DNA of 64,000 nt from Candidatus Shapirobacteria bacterium (GTDB lineage Bacteria > Patescibacteriota > Microgenomatia > UBA12405). Of the stretch, positions 10,453-20,552 are shown piece after piece; the stretch's first letter is position 1; every line of letters begins with the position of its first letter. The stretch covers positions 5,867-69,866 of the forward strand of contig JBAYIT010000002.1 of assembly GCA_041665485.1 (NCBI GenBank), given 5' to 3'. Position numbers and translations under genes: made by a program. The notes under the pieces were generated by a model, which saw only the letters and a program-made list of their open reading frames with translations, was not told where the DNA came from and made no database searches.

Positions 10453-11321
10453 AAATATCGGCCATTATTACCAGCTGGAACGGCAAAAAATTACTCCGAA
10501 AAAACCTTCTCATTGTTATTAAAAATTCTCCTGAGGTTTCCGAGTTTATTGTTGCCGATGACGCTTCAACTGATTCAAGTATTGCATACTTAAAAAAAAT
10601 CAAGAAACGGTATCCTCAACTTCGTATTTTAACTACCCCCCATAATCTCGGTTTTTCTGCTAATAGCAACCGTGCCGTTCGCCTTGCCAAAGGCGACCTG
10701 GTTGTTCTTTTAAATAATGATATTTCCCCCCATCCGGGCTTTCTTAAAGCATCTCTAAAACACTTTTCCGACTCGAAAGTTCTTGGGGTTGGTTTTTGCG
10801 AATTAGGCAACGAAAATTGGGCAAAAATTTTTTGGAGTGGAGGTTACATTCAACACGAATCCGGAAGTCCTGTTGACAAACCCCACCCCACCGCCTGGGT
10901 TTCCGGCGGGGGTTGTATCGTCAGACGTCAATGTTTTCTAAAACTAGGCGGTTTTGATCCTGCCTTTGAACCTTTTTATTATGAGGACGCCGATCTTGGC
11001 CTCCGCACTTGGGAGCAGGGCTATAAATTAATCTGGGAGCCAAAATCTATCATCGAACATCGTCATGAAAGCACCATGTCCCGCTTTCCTAAGCGCCACC
11101 TGGATTATGTTAAAGAGCGTAACCGCCTTCTTCTTACCTGGCGCCATATTACCGACAAAAAGTTAATTTGGCAAAATAAATTAGCTATGGTCGGTCGTGT
11201 TATATCTGGCCCCAATTATATTAAAATCATCCGCGCCGCCAAACGCCAAATGGCCAAATATCCGATTAATACTCACCATCACCGAATCGATGTTCAAGGC
11301 TTAATCAAGATGTTTTCATAA
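10449..11321 (+). CDS. GT2 glycosyltransferase
   Basis: DDASTD, LLNND, GGFD...YYEDADL, ERNR. Confidence 0.9.
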   Translation: MKISAIITSWNGKKLLRKNLLIVIKNSPEVSEFIVADDASTDSSIAYLKKIKKRYPQLRILTTPHNLGFSANSNRAVRLAKGDLVVLLNNDISPHPGFLKASLKHFSDSKVLGVGFCELGNENWAKIFWSGGYIQHESGSPVDKPHPTAWVSGGGCIVRRQCFLKLGGFDPAFEPFYYEDADLGLRTWEQGYKLIWEPKSIIEHRHESTMSRFPKRHLDYVKERNRLLLTWRHITDKKLIWQNKLAMVGRVISGPNYIKIIRAAKRQMAKYPINTHHHRIDVQGLIKMFS

Positions 11322-12638
11322 ACTTTTTACTCTCAAACTATCGTTTTTAATCAAACTCCAACAAAACCAAACATATAAACCCGCATTAACCAAAGATAAA
11401 GGCAATCCAGCCCAGTAATTACCCGCGGTTAGTGCCCACCTAACCGGCCACAAGAATCCGGGATACCACCAATGTCGGAATAGGTTTAACCAAAAAATAA
11501 GACTCATCAGTAGCCACGGTCGGAATAACTTCGGATTCCAAATGGTTATAATTAGTCCTGTAACTACACCCATGTAATAATATCTCTCCAACATATTCGT
11601 CAAAAAAAGCCACCCGCCGGCACTTACTATAAACAAAGCACTAAAGATCGCTTCTTGACTAATCCCTTTCTTTAATTTTTTAATTGCCAAAAAATAACAG
11701 CCAGCAAACAACATTAATCCCCACAATTTTCCCGATACACCAAAAAATAACTGATTTTGATTGTAGGCCTTATCTAGAGTAAAAATATGCCAAAAATTAT
11801 AGGAGTTAGTTGTTAGTCTAAATTCTGCTCGATAAAAAACCTTTTTAACAACTGTTTCCATCGAATATTGTAAAGGGTTTTGTTTGGCTGAAAACGGTAT
11901 CACATAGGCTAAAGTTAGTCCTGTCACCAAAACCGCCCCCATCAAAAAACTTTTTAGTTTTAAACCTACCATTGGCCAAATAACTAAAAAAAGTGGCACC
12001 ACTAATACTGCCGTTGGTTTTAATGACACCGCCAACCACAAAGAAAGCAACGAACCCCAAAAATTTTTTGGTATCAGTAAAAAAGATGTCAAAACAAAAA
12101 GATACGCCAACGAATCCGTTTGTCCCCATAAACTACTAACATACCAACTAAAAGGGGAGAGCCAATAAACCAACGGCCAAGCTAGCGGTTTTTTAGTTTT
12201 TTTCTTTGCTATGGAGTAAAGCAAAACCCCAATCAACATGTCAGCCAAAATAGATAATAACTTCATCGTAAATAAGTATCCCTGTTCAAATGGAATTTCA
12301 GGCGACACTAACGCCTCAAAATTAGTTCCCCAAACGTAAAATCCTCGAAAAATCTCTAGCGGAAATACTGTATACAATCCATTTGCTAAGCGGGGAATCA
12401 CCCATATCAATTGCCAATAAAGCCACTTTTCAGCTCCATACATCAAGCTCATTAATGGTGGGTGATTCGGCCAAGAAAAAATCCACACCGGATTCTCATA
12501 AAAACCAGTTCCTCCATTACTATAAATATAATTTCCCCAACCCGCCTGACATAATATATCCGAGTGAAACACCACCGTTGAGACTAACAATCTTCCTAGT
12601 AATACTAATCCTAACAGCAAATACACTCCTTTCTGCAT
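11316..12638 (-). CDS. GT-C fold membrane glycosyltransferase (GT87/ALG6-like, HxD type)
   Basis: FHSDI, NHPPL, WGQTD, LKP, TTNSYNFW, MLERY; polytopic. Confidence 0.75.
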   Translation of the reverse strand: MQKGVYLLLGLVLLGRLLVSTVVFHSDILCQAGWGNYIYSNGGTGFYENPVWIFSWPNHPPLMSLMYGAEKWLYWQLIWVIPRLANGLYTVFPLEIFRGFYVWGTNFEALVSPEIPFEQGYLFTMKLLSILADMLIGVLLYSIAKKKTKKPLAWPLVYWLSPFSWYVSSLWGQTDSLAYLFVLTSFLLIPKNFWGSLLSLWLAVSLKPTAVLVVPLFLVIWPMVGLKLKSFLMGAVLVTGLTLAYVIPFSAKQNPLQYSMETVVKKVFYRAEFRLTTNSYNFWHIFTLDKAYNQNQLFFGVSGKLWGLMLFAGCYFLAIKKLKKGISQEAIFSALFIVSAGGWLFLTNMLERYYYMGVVTGLIITIWNPKLFRPWLLMSLIFWLNLFRHWWYPGFLWPVRWALTAGNYWAGLPLSLVNAGLYVWFCWSLIKNDSLRVKSL

Positions 12639-12646
12639 CCACCATT

Positions 12647-12655
12647 AGTCTAACA
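12647..12655 (-). promoter_or_regulatory. Putative extended -10 element (TGTTAGACT)
   Basis: 8 nt upstream of the minus-strand ATG at 12638. Confidence 0.5.
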
Positions 12656-12728
12656 TTTTACTGCCACCAATAAAAACGAAATCCAGCATCTCTCTGGACG
12701 GATATTCTACTCTTTTACGCTTAAAAAT

Positions 12729-12737
12729 TGATACACT
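12729..12737 (+). promoter_or_regulatory. Putative extended -10 element (TGATACACT)
   Basis: 15 nt upstream of ATG 12753 in the divergent intergenic gap. Confidence 0.45.
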
Positions 12738-12752
12738 TACTCAAGGTAAGAT

Positions 12753-13409
12753 ATGTTGTTCAAATTTGTTTATCTCATTTTCATTATTAGTCCCTTTTTT
12801 GTTGGCAAGATTTACCCGTTTTGGGTTTATTTACTCATCATCTTCGCCTACATTGCCTCCTCCAAATCAAAGTTATTCATACTTCCAGTCATTTTTGTAC
12901 TATTCTTTGTCAATCTTCATGTTAACAGTCTTTTTGGTCTAAGTCGTCAGTTAAAACCAGATTTCAATCTAGAAAAAATAAACATCACCAGTCCAATTAG
13001 TATTCAAAAAGTAGCCCAATATTACTACGACGACGTCTATACACCCTATCGAATCCGCCACTTTCTTTATAGCCAATGGCTCACCGTTTTTGTTTGGATC
13101 AGTTCTGTTTTAAAATTATTGTCACCGATATTTTGGGTAAGGTTAATGGGTTTTAGTGGTAGTATCCTTATTTTTTTAGGTGTTATCGAATACATTAAAA
13201 ATGATTTTTCACCAAGATATTGGTTCTGGTGGTTTTTTATAATAATTTTTAGTTCCGGGCTCGGAATTAATCTTGACACCAGGAATTCTATTTTTCTCTC
13301 CCTACCCATACTAATAAATTTGGTAATCCTGGGTTTCAAGTCTAAACTATTTATTTCTATCCAAAAATATTGGTGGCTATTACTTTTTGTTGACTTCATC
13401 TTAAAATGA
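12753..13409 (+). CDS. Small polytopic membrane protein, possibly a highly reduced ArnT-like paralog lacking the catalytic N-terminus
   Basis: 218 aa and hydrophobic. Segments such as YRIRHFLYS and WWFF...TRNSIFLSLPI..LVILGF weakly echo the C-terminal half of neighbouring ArnT-like proteins. ATGA overlap with the next gene. Confidence 0.6.
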   Translation: MLFKFVYLIFIISPFFVGKIYPFWVYLLIIFAYIASSKSKLFILPVIFVLFFVNLHVNSLFGLSRQLKPDFNLEKINITSPISIQKVAQYYYDDVYTPYRIRHFLYSQWLTVFVWISSVLKLLSPIFWVRLMGFSGSILIFLGVIEYIKNDFSPRYWFWWFFIIIFSSGLGINLDTRNSIFLSLPILINLVILGFKSKLFISIQKYWWLLLFVDFILK

Positions 13410-15001
13410 GTAATAAACACTTTGTCCTATTTTTAATTTTAATTTCCGTGTTCGGTTTTTACTTACGAACCAAAAACATAGCCACTAACCCGCCGCACTT
13501 GGGCAATGACGAAATCTCTATTGCCTTTGACAGCTATTCGATTAGAACCGTTGGCAAAGATGAACATGGTAGATCTTGGCCGTTATCTTTCATGTCCCAC
13601 CGAAGCTATAAGGCTCCTCTTTACGCCTATCTTAACACCCCGTTCAATTATATTTTTGGTAATAACGAGTATGGCATCAGAATGTTGTCAGCCATTTCCG
13701 GCACCTTACTAATACTTATTATTGGACTTCTCGGAAAAACTTCATCCAACACTTCCATCGGTATCTTAAGTGCCATTATTATTGCTATTACTCCAAAAGC
13801 AATTATGGCTTCCAGAATAGGCTATGAGGCTAATTTGGCCTTAACCATCATGTCTTTTGGCGTTTTAGCTATGATTTATTATCGATTTGCCAAAAAAACC
13901 ATTTGGCTCATTGTCGCCGGGGTGTTTTTGGGATTATCTGTCTGGGGTTACCATACTCAATGGGGTCTGGCTCCAATGTTAGCTTTCTGTTTACCGATGC
14001 TCTTTAGACCTAAAATCAAATTTACCAAATGGTGGCCAACGTGGATATTGTTAGTGGTCATTGTTTTTCCGATTTATCTTGATTTTTACCAAACCCAGCT
14101 TTCTGACTCACACAATCGGGCCAGCTCGCAAATTTGGTATCAAGATGGTCAACTTAATGACTATCTCAAAAATTCTCCAGACAATAAAGTTAAAAAAATC
14201 GCCGTCTTACTTATTTCTCCGATCAATAATTATATTGAGCATTTCAGCTTTGACACCCTTTTTGGTGACGGTTTGGGTATGTTCGAACGAACCTCACCGC
14301 TTGAATTTGGCTGGTTTTTACTTCCCTGTTTACCATTGCTAATTGTCGGGCTAATCAAAGTTAACACAATCTTTGGTGATAATAAAAATTGGCTTCTATT
14401 ATGGATGGCTTTGTCCCCAATTATCCCTGCCACCACTTACGGTGGGGTTGCTGCCGTCAGAAATCTCTCAATTATGGTGCCACTATCGATCATCACAGCT
14501 GGTGGCTGGTGGTATCTGAAAAAACACAAACCAATAATTTTTCTTTTAACCTCGTCTTTACTTCTTCTCCATCTTTTAATTTTTCTCCCCACCATCTTCG
14601 TTCATTTTCAAAAAAGTTCTGGCAATTATTTTCAGTTCGGATACAAGCAATCATGGGAAAAGATAAAACCAGTGGTCAAAAACTACCAACATGTTATTGT
14701 TGAGTCGAGATTCGGTCGCTTTGGTCAATTCGTCGGTGTGCCACACTTGTACTTTGGCTATTTTGGTGCTTTTCCAGTCGAGGCCATGCAATCCAAAACC
14801 AACGAAAACGGTCGAATGAAAATTGACAAATTCGAATTTGGTCACGTTGATTGGATGGTAGAAGAAATTCAGCCTAAATCGATCTATGTTGTTTCCACCA
14901 TTAATCCCATTGTTGCTAATGCTATTGGTAAACTAAATCAAATTGAAGAAATAATAACTCCCGATAATCAATCTCAATTTTTAATCTATGCCACCAAATA
15001 A
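13406..15001 (+). CDS. ArnT/PMT_2-like GT-C glycosyltransferase (GT39/GT83-like)
   Basis: HLGNDEISIAFDSYSIRTVGKDEHG, YKAPLYAY, SRIGYE, FQFGYKQ. Confidence 0.85.
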   Translation: MSNKHFVLFLILISVFGFYLRTKNIATNPPHLGNDEISIAFDSYSIRTVGKDEHGRSWPLSFMSHRSYKAPLYAYLNTPFNYIFGNNEYGIRMLSAISGTLLILIIGLLGKTSSNTSIGILSAIIIAITPKAIMASRIGYEANLALTIMSFGVLAMIYYRFAKKTIWLIVAGVFLGLSVWGYHTQWGLAPMLAFCLPMLFRPKIKFTKWWPTWILLVVIVFPIYLDFYQTQLSDSHNRASSQIWYQDGQLNDYLKNSPDNKVKKIAVLLISPINNYIEHFSFDTLFGDGLGMFERTSPLEFGWFLLPCLPLLIVGLIKVNTIFGDNKNWLLLWMALSPIIPATTYGGVAAVRNLSIMVPLSIITAGGWWYLKKHKPIIFLLTSSLLLLHLLIFLPTIFVHFQKSSGNYFQFGYKQSWEKIKPVVKNYQHVIVESRFGRFGQFVGVPHLYFGYFGAFPVEAMQSKTNENGRMKIDKFEFGHVDWMVEEIQPKSIYVVSTINPIVANAIGKLNQIEEIITPDNQSQFLIYATK

Positions 15002-15800
15002 AACATCTCTCTCCATCATCATCCCCACCTGGAACACTGCCGAAATCACCCTTCGTTGTGTCAATAGTATTGTCAAACATCTTGGTAAGTTAGTCGAAAT
15101 AATTGTCGTTGATAACGGCTCTACCGATAGTACCCAAGATGTTTTAAAAAAAACTACCGTTAAATATGTTAAGTTAGACAAAAATTACGGTTATGCCACT
15201 GCCTGCAATGCCGGCGCTAAAGTAGCCACTTCCGAATATCTTCTATTTTTAAATTCAGATATGGAACTTATCGACAAGGAAGTTTTGGCCATGGTCAATT
15301 TTTACAAAAAAAATATTAATTGCGGTCTAGTCGGCCCACAATTTTTCAACCCTGACCTCTCTCCCCAAGGCTCTGTCTTCCCACCCCAAACTCCACTCAA
15401 TGCATTTAGGGAATTTTGGTTACACCAAAAAACCTTCTCTAAGTATTTCCCAAAAACCGATAAACCGGAAAAAGTCTGGGCCATTTCCGGTGGTGCTGTT
15501 TTAATTTCTAAAAAAAATTACCAAAGTGTTGGCGGTTGGAGCCAAAAATATCACATGTACTACGAAGATTTGGACCTTTGTCGCCAAACCAGAAATAGGG
15601 GATTCTCAATCTATTATTTTCCAAGTTGCCGCTTTATCCATCGTCATGGTGCTAGTGGTGCCAATATCGCCAATGCCAATAACCAATGGCGTCGCCTAAT
15701 TAATGGCTCAAAAATCTATCATGGTCTATTTTTGCATTACCTCATTAACCTAATTATATGGTCGGGCCAAAAATGGCAGAAAACTTTTTTAAAAACTTAA
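14988..15800 (+). CDS. GT2 glycosyltransferase (WbbL-like)
   Basis: VDNGSTD, FLNSD, SGGA, MYYEDLDLC. Confidence 0.9.
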   Translation: MPPNKTSLSIIIPTWNTAEITLRCVNSIVKHLGKLVEIIVVDNGSTDSTQDVLKKTTVKYVKLDKNYGYATACNAGAKVATSEYLLFLNSDMELIDKEVLAMVNFYKKNINCGLVGPQFFNPDLSPQGSVFPPQTPLNAFREFWLHQKTFSKYFPKTDKPEKVWAISGGAVLISKKNYQSVGGWSQKYHMYYEDLDLCRQTRNRGFSIYYFPSCRFIHRHGASGANIANANNQWRRLINGSKIYHGLFLHYLINLIIWSGQKWQKTFLKT

Positions 15801-17119
15801 CCTTAACTAAAATTATTTTAACTGCCTTAATTATAAGGCTCCTATTGCTACCTTGGGTCTATCATGGTGATGTTACTGTTACTTATTGGTGGGGAAAATT
15901 TGCCTCTGAATTTGGTTGGCGGGGCTATTACGACTGGCTTAATTTTGGTGGCTATGGTCGACCTGATCAACCAATGCTAAACATTTATTATGATTGGAGT
16001 GTTAGACAAATCTATTTATTTTTCTATGACATCTTTTGGTTTCTTAACACACATATCAGCTTATTCCCATCAAAATTTATGCAATGGTACTTCATCAATG
16101 GTAATCAAATCCTACTCAAACTGCCAATGGTTTTTTCAGACATCTTCCTTATTTTTTTAAGCTACAAATTTTTTTTAAAGATTTTTAACAGCCAAAAAGC
16201 AAAAATAATTGCCATTGTTTTAACTTTTTATCTTCCTCTTATCTACAATAGCGCTGTCTGGGGTAGCGGCGACAGCATCATTAATTTATTTGGTCTGCTC
16301 TGTGTGTACCTTGTTTGGCAAAAAAAATACATTTCCAGCGCATTATTTTTTCTTCTATCAATTTTATACAAGTCCTCGCTTTTAATTTGGATTCCCATAA
16401 TAATAGTTTCACTTATAAAAAATAATATAAAACGAACAGAAATATGTAAAGCTACGATATTTTTCCTATTATTTATATCTTTAGTTAGCTTCCCATTTAC
16501 TCCATTAGGAATAAACCCATTGATTTGGTTTTTTCAAACGATGCTCACTAAGATTTTACCCGGTGCCATGCCTCAACTTACTGCCAACGCCTTTAATTTT
16601 TGGGCTCTACTATACGGTCTTAAGCCTCAACTTGACGAGATTATCTTGTTTGGTGGTTTTTCCGCCAGAATGATTTCTATCGTTTTATGCTTTATTGGTT
16701 ATCTTATTATCTGTCGTAAACTATACCTAAATTATAATCTTAAAAATCTCCTGTTATCTCTGGTAAACATTTCCCTTGTCACTTTTGTTTTTATGACCAG
16801 AATGCATGAACGCTACACCTTTCCTGCCCTAATTCCTCTCCTCATCCTTTGTTTTTACGACAAAAAATTCATCAAATATTTTGTTGTTTTAACAATCACT
16901 CATCTTTTAAATGTTTACAACTGGTGGTGGGTTCCAACCATCCATCCTCTAGAAGATTTTTTGTCTAATAATATTGTTATCAAAACAATTAGCCTAACTA
17001 ATCTCTGTATCACTCTATTACTATTATTTTTTAATTTTTCAATACCTATCGAAGCGGATAATTCTCCAATTCGATCCAGAAACGGTCTGATCAAATCTAA
17101 TAACTCCCGTATTAAATAG
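15773..17119 (+). CDS. GT-C fold membrane glycosyltransferase (GT87/ALG6-like, HxD type)
   Basis: YHGDV, DQPML, LKLP, WGSGD, TANAFNFW, MHERY. The 3' end overlaps the convergent gene by 81 nt. Confidence 0.75.
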   Translation: MAENFFKNLTLTKIILTALIIRLLLLPWVYHGDVTVTYWWGKFASEFGWRGYYDWLNFGGYGRPDQPMLNIYYDWSVRQIYLFFYDIFWFLNTHISLFPSKFMQWYFINGNQILLKLPMVFSDIFLIFLSYKFFLKIFNSQKAKIIAIVLTFYLPLIYNSAVWGSGDSIINLFGLLCVYLVWQKKYISSALFFLLSILYKSSLLIWIPIIIVSLIKNNIKRTEICKATIFFLLFISLVSFPFTPLGINPLIWFFQTMLTKILPGAMPQLTANAFNFWALLYGLKPQLDEIILFGGFSARMISIVLCFIGYLIICRKLYLNYNLKNLLLSLVNISLVTFVFMTRMHERYTFPALIPLLILCFYDKKFIKYFVVLTITHLLNVYNWWWVPTIHPLEDFLSNNIVIKTISLTNLCITLLLLFFNFSIPIEADNSPIRSRNGLIKSNNSRIK

Positions 17120-18406
17120 CCTCATTTGTACCGATGGGTCACCCCTTAATAATTTATCATCACCCTCCTGAGTAATTACATATAAATTGTCAGAAACAGA
17201 GTATTCGTCTATTGATCTTATTCTAACGTCATTCACCAACAATATGTCCCGATATTTTACTCCAAAACTATTTATATCATTACTTTGTAAAACAGCTAAA
17301 TTTGGATTCTTAAGTTCATTATCAATAATGTCTTGAGCAATTATATTGGTTATGCGCTTGGCAAAATAAGCACTGTCATCCGGTATCTTCCCAAATAGGT
17401 AATTTAAAGAGACGGGAAGATTGATGACAACCATCAGAAAGAATATAATTGGTTGAACCCATCGCCATATTTTTTCTCTTGGTAAAATCAGCCACAGATA
17501 CCAAGGGATCAGCGCTCCAATAAAATAGTGGCCCTGAGGCGATTTTATAAAACCAACGGCAATAAACAACGACAATACTGGTGTCAATAATAGTAAGTTT
17601 TTCCTATTAAAACGAATATCATTTACCAACAAAGGCAAACAACAGATCAATATCCAGGCTCTTGTTAACAAGAATTTCAAACCAACCGATAAAGCCTCAA
17701 AATTAAAATCAAGAGTGGCTGAAGATTGTTTGTATAGTATTGTTCGAGACAAAAACAAGCCTGGTGGGTGAAAAAAATCGAAGGTTAAGAAAATTAATAT
17801 CGGTATAGAAAATCCTAAGATAAATAGAATTTTGTTTTTTGCTGAAAACAAAAACAAGGCCGATGGTATGATTGCCAAATAGTGCAGGTGTGACGTAAAA
17901 CCAAATAAAACACCTGCCAGTAAAGTTAACAGATTTTTTTTAGACATTAATAAAAAATAGCCCCCTGCCATCAATGCCGGAATTAGATTAGGATTCCACG
18001 CCCATCTTGACGACAACAAATATGGGTACCAAATAACTAACAATAGACAAGCCAAATATGTTAGTCGTTTGTTTGTTAAGTACGTAGTTATAATCAATAT
18101 CAATAGGCCCACAATACTTATAAATGCATTACCTATAGTTGGTGATACCGGCGTGAAATTAAATAAAAGGGCAAAAGGCATTATCAAGTAGTAACTTAAA
18201 CTACTGTAAACCATATTGCCATCTTCTGACATTGGACCTATCAACGTAATATCTTTATCAACCCAATACTGGTGAATTTTAACTAAATCAGAACTCTCAT
18301 CTCTGTTAAAACGTAACTGCTTTTCCAGGTTATAAAATCTGGTAAATAAAACCAACGCAAACACCATGATAACAAGTCCATATCGATTTATACTGTTAGA
18401 CTTCAT
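17039..18406 (-). CDS. ArnT/PMT_2-like GT-C glycosyltransferase
   Basis: RFYNL...FNRDE, LIGP, SRWAWNPN, HLHY; polytopic. Confidence 0.8.
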   Translation of the reverse strand: MKSNSINRYGLVIMVFALVLFTRFYNLEKQLRFNRDESSDLVKIHQYWVDKDITLIGPMSEDGNMVYSSLSYYLIMPFALLFNFTPVSPTIGNAFISIVGLLILIITTYLTNKRLTYLACLLLVIWYPYLLSSRWAWNPNLIPALMAGGYFLLMSKKNLLTLLAGVLFGFTSHLHYLAIIPSALFLFSAKNKILFILGFSIPILIFLTFDFFHPPGLFLSRTILYKQSSATLDFNFEALSVGLKFLLTRAWILICCLPLLVNDIRFNRKNLLLLTPVLSLFIAVGFIKSPQGHYFIGALIPWYLWLILPREKIWRWVQPIIFFLMVVINLPVSLNYLFGKIPDDSAYFAKRITNIIAQDIIDNELKNPNLAVLQSNDINSFGVKYRDILLVNDVRIRSIDEYSVSDNLYVITQEGDDKLLRGDPSVQMRLFNTGVIRFDQTVSGSNWRIIRFDRY

Positions 18407-19980
18407 TTATGACCTAAATAAAATATAGGGTTAGCATAGGTATTTAATATCACTTTTTCTATTTTGATGCCCTCCGGTTGATCGTAGCCATTTCTTTCAT
18501 ATGCTACCAAATACAGAGTATTACTTTCGGCCAAATTTGGGTTGAACCTGTCTCCAAAATTAACAAAACAATATCTCTTTTCCAGGCAAAAATCACCTTG
18601 ATCGTCTATTCCAAAGACCAATCTTGGATCATATTTATTCCAAAACAGAAACCTAACTAGTGTCGGCTCATAGGTATTGTCCATAATAATCTTCCTATAT
18701 TTATCTTTGTTTAGTAAAACATAACTCATTGCTTCTTTGTAGCCACTGTGCCACCATCGCCACGATTCGTTTCGATAATGGTTCCAATAATAAAATTGGT
18801 AATTTATTAGTTCAGTGAATAATAATAATACAACAAAAATCTTGGCTATTTTATTAATTTTGACAAAACCATATCCAGTCAACCAAACCAGGGGAAAAAC
18901 CATTAAAAATAATCTCGAAGCGTGGTTGTAACCATCGATTGTCAATGCCGATGCTACTGGTGAAATCAACAACAGACCAATTAACCATCGAGCCCAACTT
19001 TCCCTGGCTCTTATTAAATAAGCCACCCCATAAACCAATAATGGCAATGTTATCCAAAACATATTACCAACTTGATGCAGTGAATGTCTAAATGTAATAT
19101 CTCCTTGTCCAAACAAAAAGGCAGAACTAAAAGCGTTTGTGTAGTTGAACAATATTTTTTTTGTCGATAACGTAAATTTATTGTAAAAAATTTTACCCAG
19201 AAGCTTGTTCTCCGTTGCATTTCTATATTTTTCCACTTCAGCGACAATCTCTTTATTGCTAATCACCGACATTGTTTTAAATCTATCAGCACCGTGTCCT
19301 TGGATAATGTGATAGGCGATTGGCAAGCTGGTCAGAACAACAACCAACAACAATAAAGCAGTTTTTGAACGATTAATCCTGATAAATCCAACTGTTAGTA
19401 AAATTATTAATGGAGACAGGACATTGGCAATGCTGTAAACATAAAAAGAAAGACCAAACAATATCCCAGCTAGAATAAGGCAACGGGTGTTATTTGTAAC
19501 TTTAGACATAATCAAATAGTGAATACCGGCAAATAGTACTGTCATTAATAGAGTAAGTTCAAACCCAGATCGACTATACTGAATATGCCAAGGGGTAATG
19601 GCCAGTAAAAAGATACTAATTAATTTGACTTTTTTGTCTACCCCAATTAATCCCAATACTAAATAAAAAAACAAAATACTTGTCATCCCAAAAAAAACCG
19701 AGGTCATCCTTACCCCCCACTCATTTAATCCGAATAACTTAATGAAGGGAATCATCGCGTATATCAGACCTGGGGCTCGCCATTCCGAAAAACTATGAAT
19801 ATACGTTGGCAATAAATTTCCCTTATAGTCTCGCCCAGTTGTTAGCAACGAATAAGACTGATATCCAGCATCGACTTCGTCACCAAATAGCTCAAGGTAG
19901 TCTAGCCTATAAACCCTCAGTAAAAAGGCTAATAATAATGTGAAAATTAATACCCAATTCCTAGCCAATATTTTTACCAT
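18403..19980 (-). CDS. ArnT/PMT_2-like GT-C glycosyltransferase
   Basis: LFGDEVDAGYQSYSLLTTGRDYKG, PWHIQYSRSGFE, WHSGYKE. ATG 19980 preferred over 20064. Confidence 0.85.
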   Translation of the reverse strand: MVKILARNWVLIFTLLLAFLLRVYRLDYLELFGDEVDAGYQSYSLLTTGRDYKGNLLPTYIHSFSEWRAPGLIYAMIPFIKLFGLNEWGVRMTSVFFGMTSILFFYLVLGLIGVDKKVKLISIFLLAITPWHIQYSRSGFELTLLMTVLFAGIHYLIMSKVTNNTRCLILAGILFGLSFYVYSIANVLSPLIILLTVGFIRINRSKTALLLLVVVLTSLPIAYHIIQGHGADRFKTMSVISNKEIVAEVEKYRNATENKLLGKIFYNKFTLSTKKILFNYTNAFSSAFLFGQGDITFRHSLHQVGNMFWITLPLLVYGVAYLIRARESWARWLIGLLLISPVASALTIDGYNHASRLFLMVFPLVWLTGYGFVKINKIAKIFVVLLLFTELINYQFYYWNHYRNESWRWWHSGYKEAMSYVLLNKDKYRKIIMDNTYEPTLVRFLFWNKYDPRLVFGIDDQGDFCLEKRYCFVNFGDRFNPNLAESNTLYLVAYERNGYDQPEGIKIEKVILNTYANPIFYLGHK

Positions 19981-20552
19981 ACCAAAAACCCAACCAATAA
20001 CACAGGGAGTATTATTATTGACTTTTGCATTAGTTGGCCAGTCTTTGATAAAGCGTATTGCCAATCACCACCCCACTTATAGTAAATTACCATATCAAGC
20101 TTTTGTCCCCTAGTCCCGAAAGCCAATTTTCCATCAACTATTTTGGTAGGCAAAATTTCAACTATGTATCTTCTGTCTTTGGAATTAGTAATTGTTTGAA
20201 AATCAAGCCGAGCTCGACTAGTATCACCAAAGTTGAATCCGCTAAATAACTGACGATAAATCTCCAAACCACCACTCTCTCTGATTACAATCTCGAGTTG
20301 ATCTCTACTTTCCAAGTTTGGGTTCTTAAACAATACGTCAACCCGATTTAAATTGTCATAACTTGACACAAATTCCGATTTGAACAATGACATATCAGCC
20401 AGCCTAATAAAAGTCAATTCTAAATTACTATTATCAGCAATCGCCAACTTTGACGGTATCAGATTAACCAAAAAGAAAACCCCAAAGTAAGAAACCAAGA
20501 TCAACAGCCAACCAATGATAACTTGCTTTGATTTACTTTTTAAATTTTGCAC
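19974..20552 (-). CDS. Membrane-anchored hypothetical protein (N- and C-terminal TM, central extracytoplasmic beta-rich domain)
   Basis: 192 aa ORF overlapping both neighbours in the minus-strand operon; hydropathy pattern. Confidence 0.7.
   Translation of the reverse strand: MQNLKSKSKQVIIGWLLILVSYFGVFFLVNLIPSKLAIADNSNLELTFIRLADMSLFKSEFVSSYDNLNRVDVLFKNPNLESRDQLEIVIRESGGLEIYRQLFSGFNFGDTSRARLDFQTITNSKDRRYIVEILPTKIVDGKLAFGTRGQKLDMVIYYKWGGDWQYALSKTGQLMQKSIIILPVLLVGFLVW

Noticed and set aside
12678-12707. Small inverted repeat TCCAG-N7-CTGGA in the largest intergenic gap
   Set aside because: Only a 5-bp stem, no U-tract, located between divergent genes, and no second copy seen; insufficient for a terminator, operator or ncRNA call.
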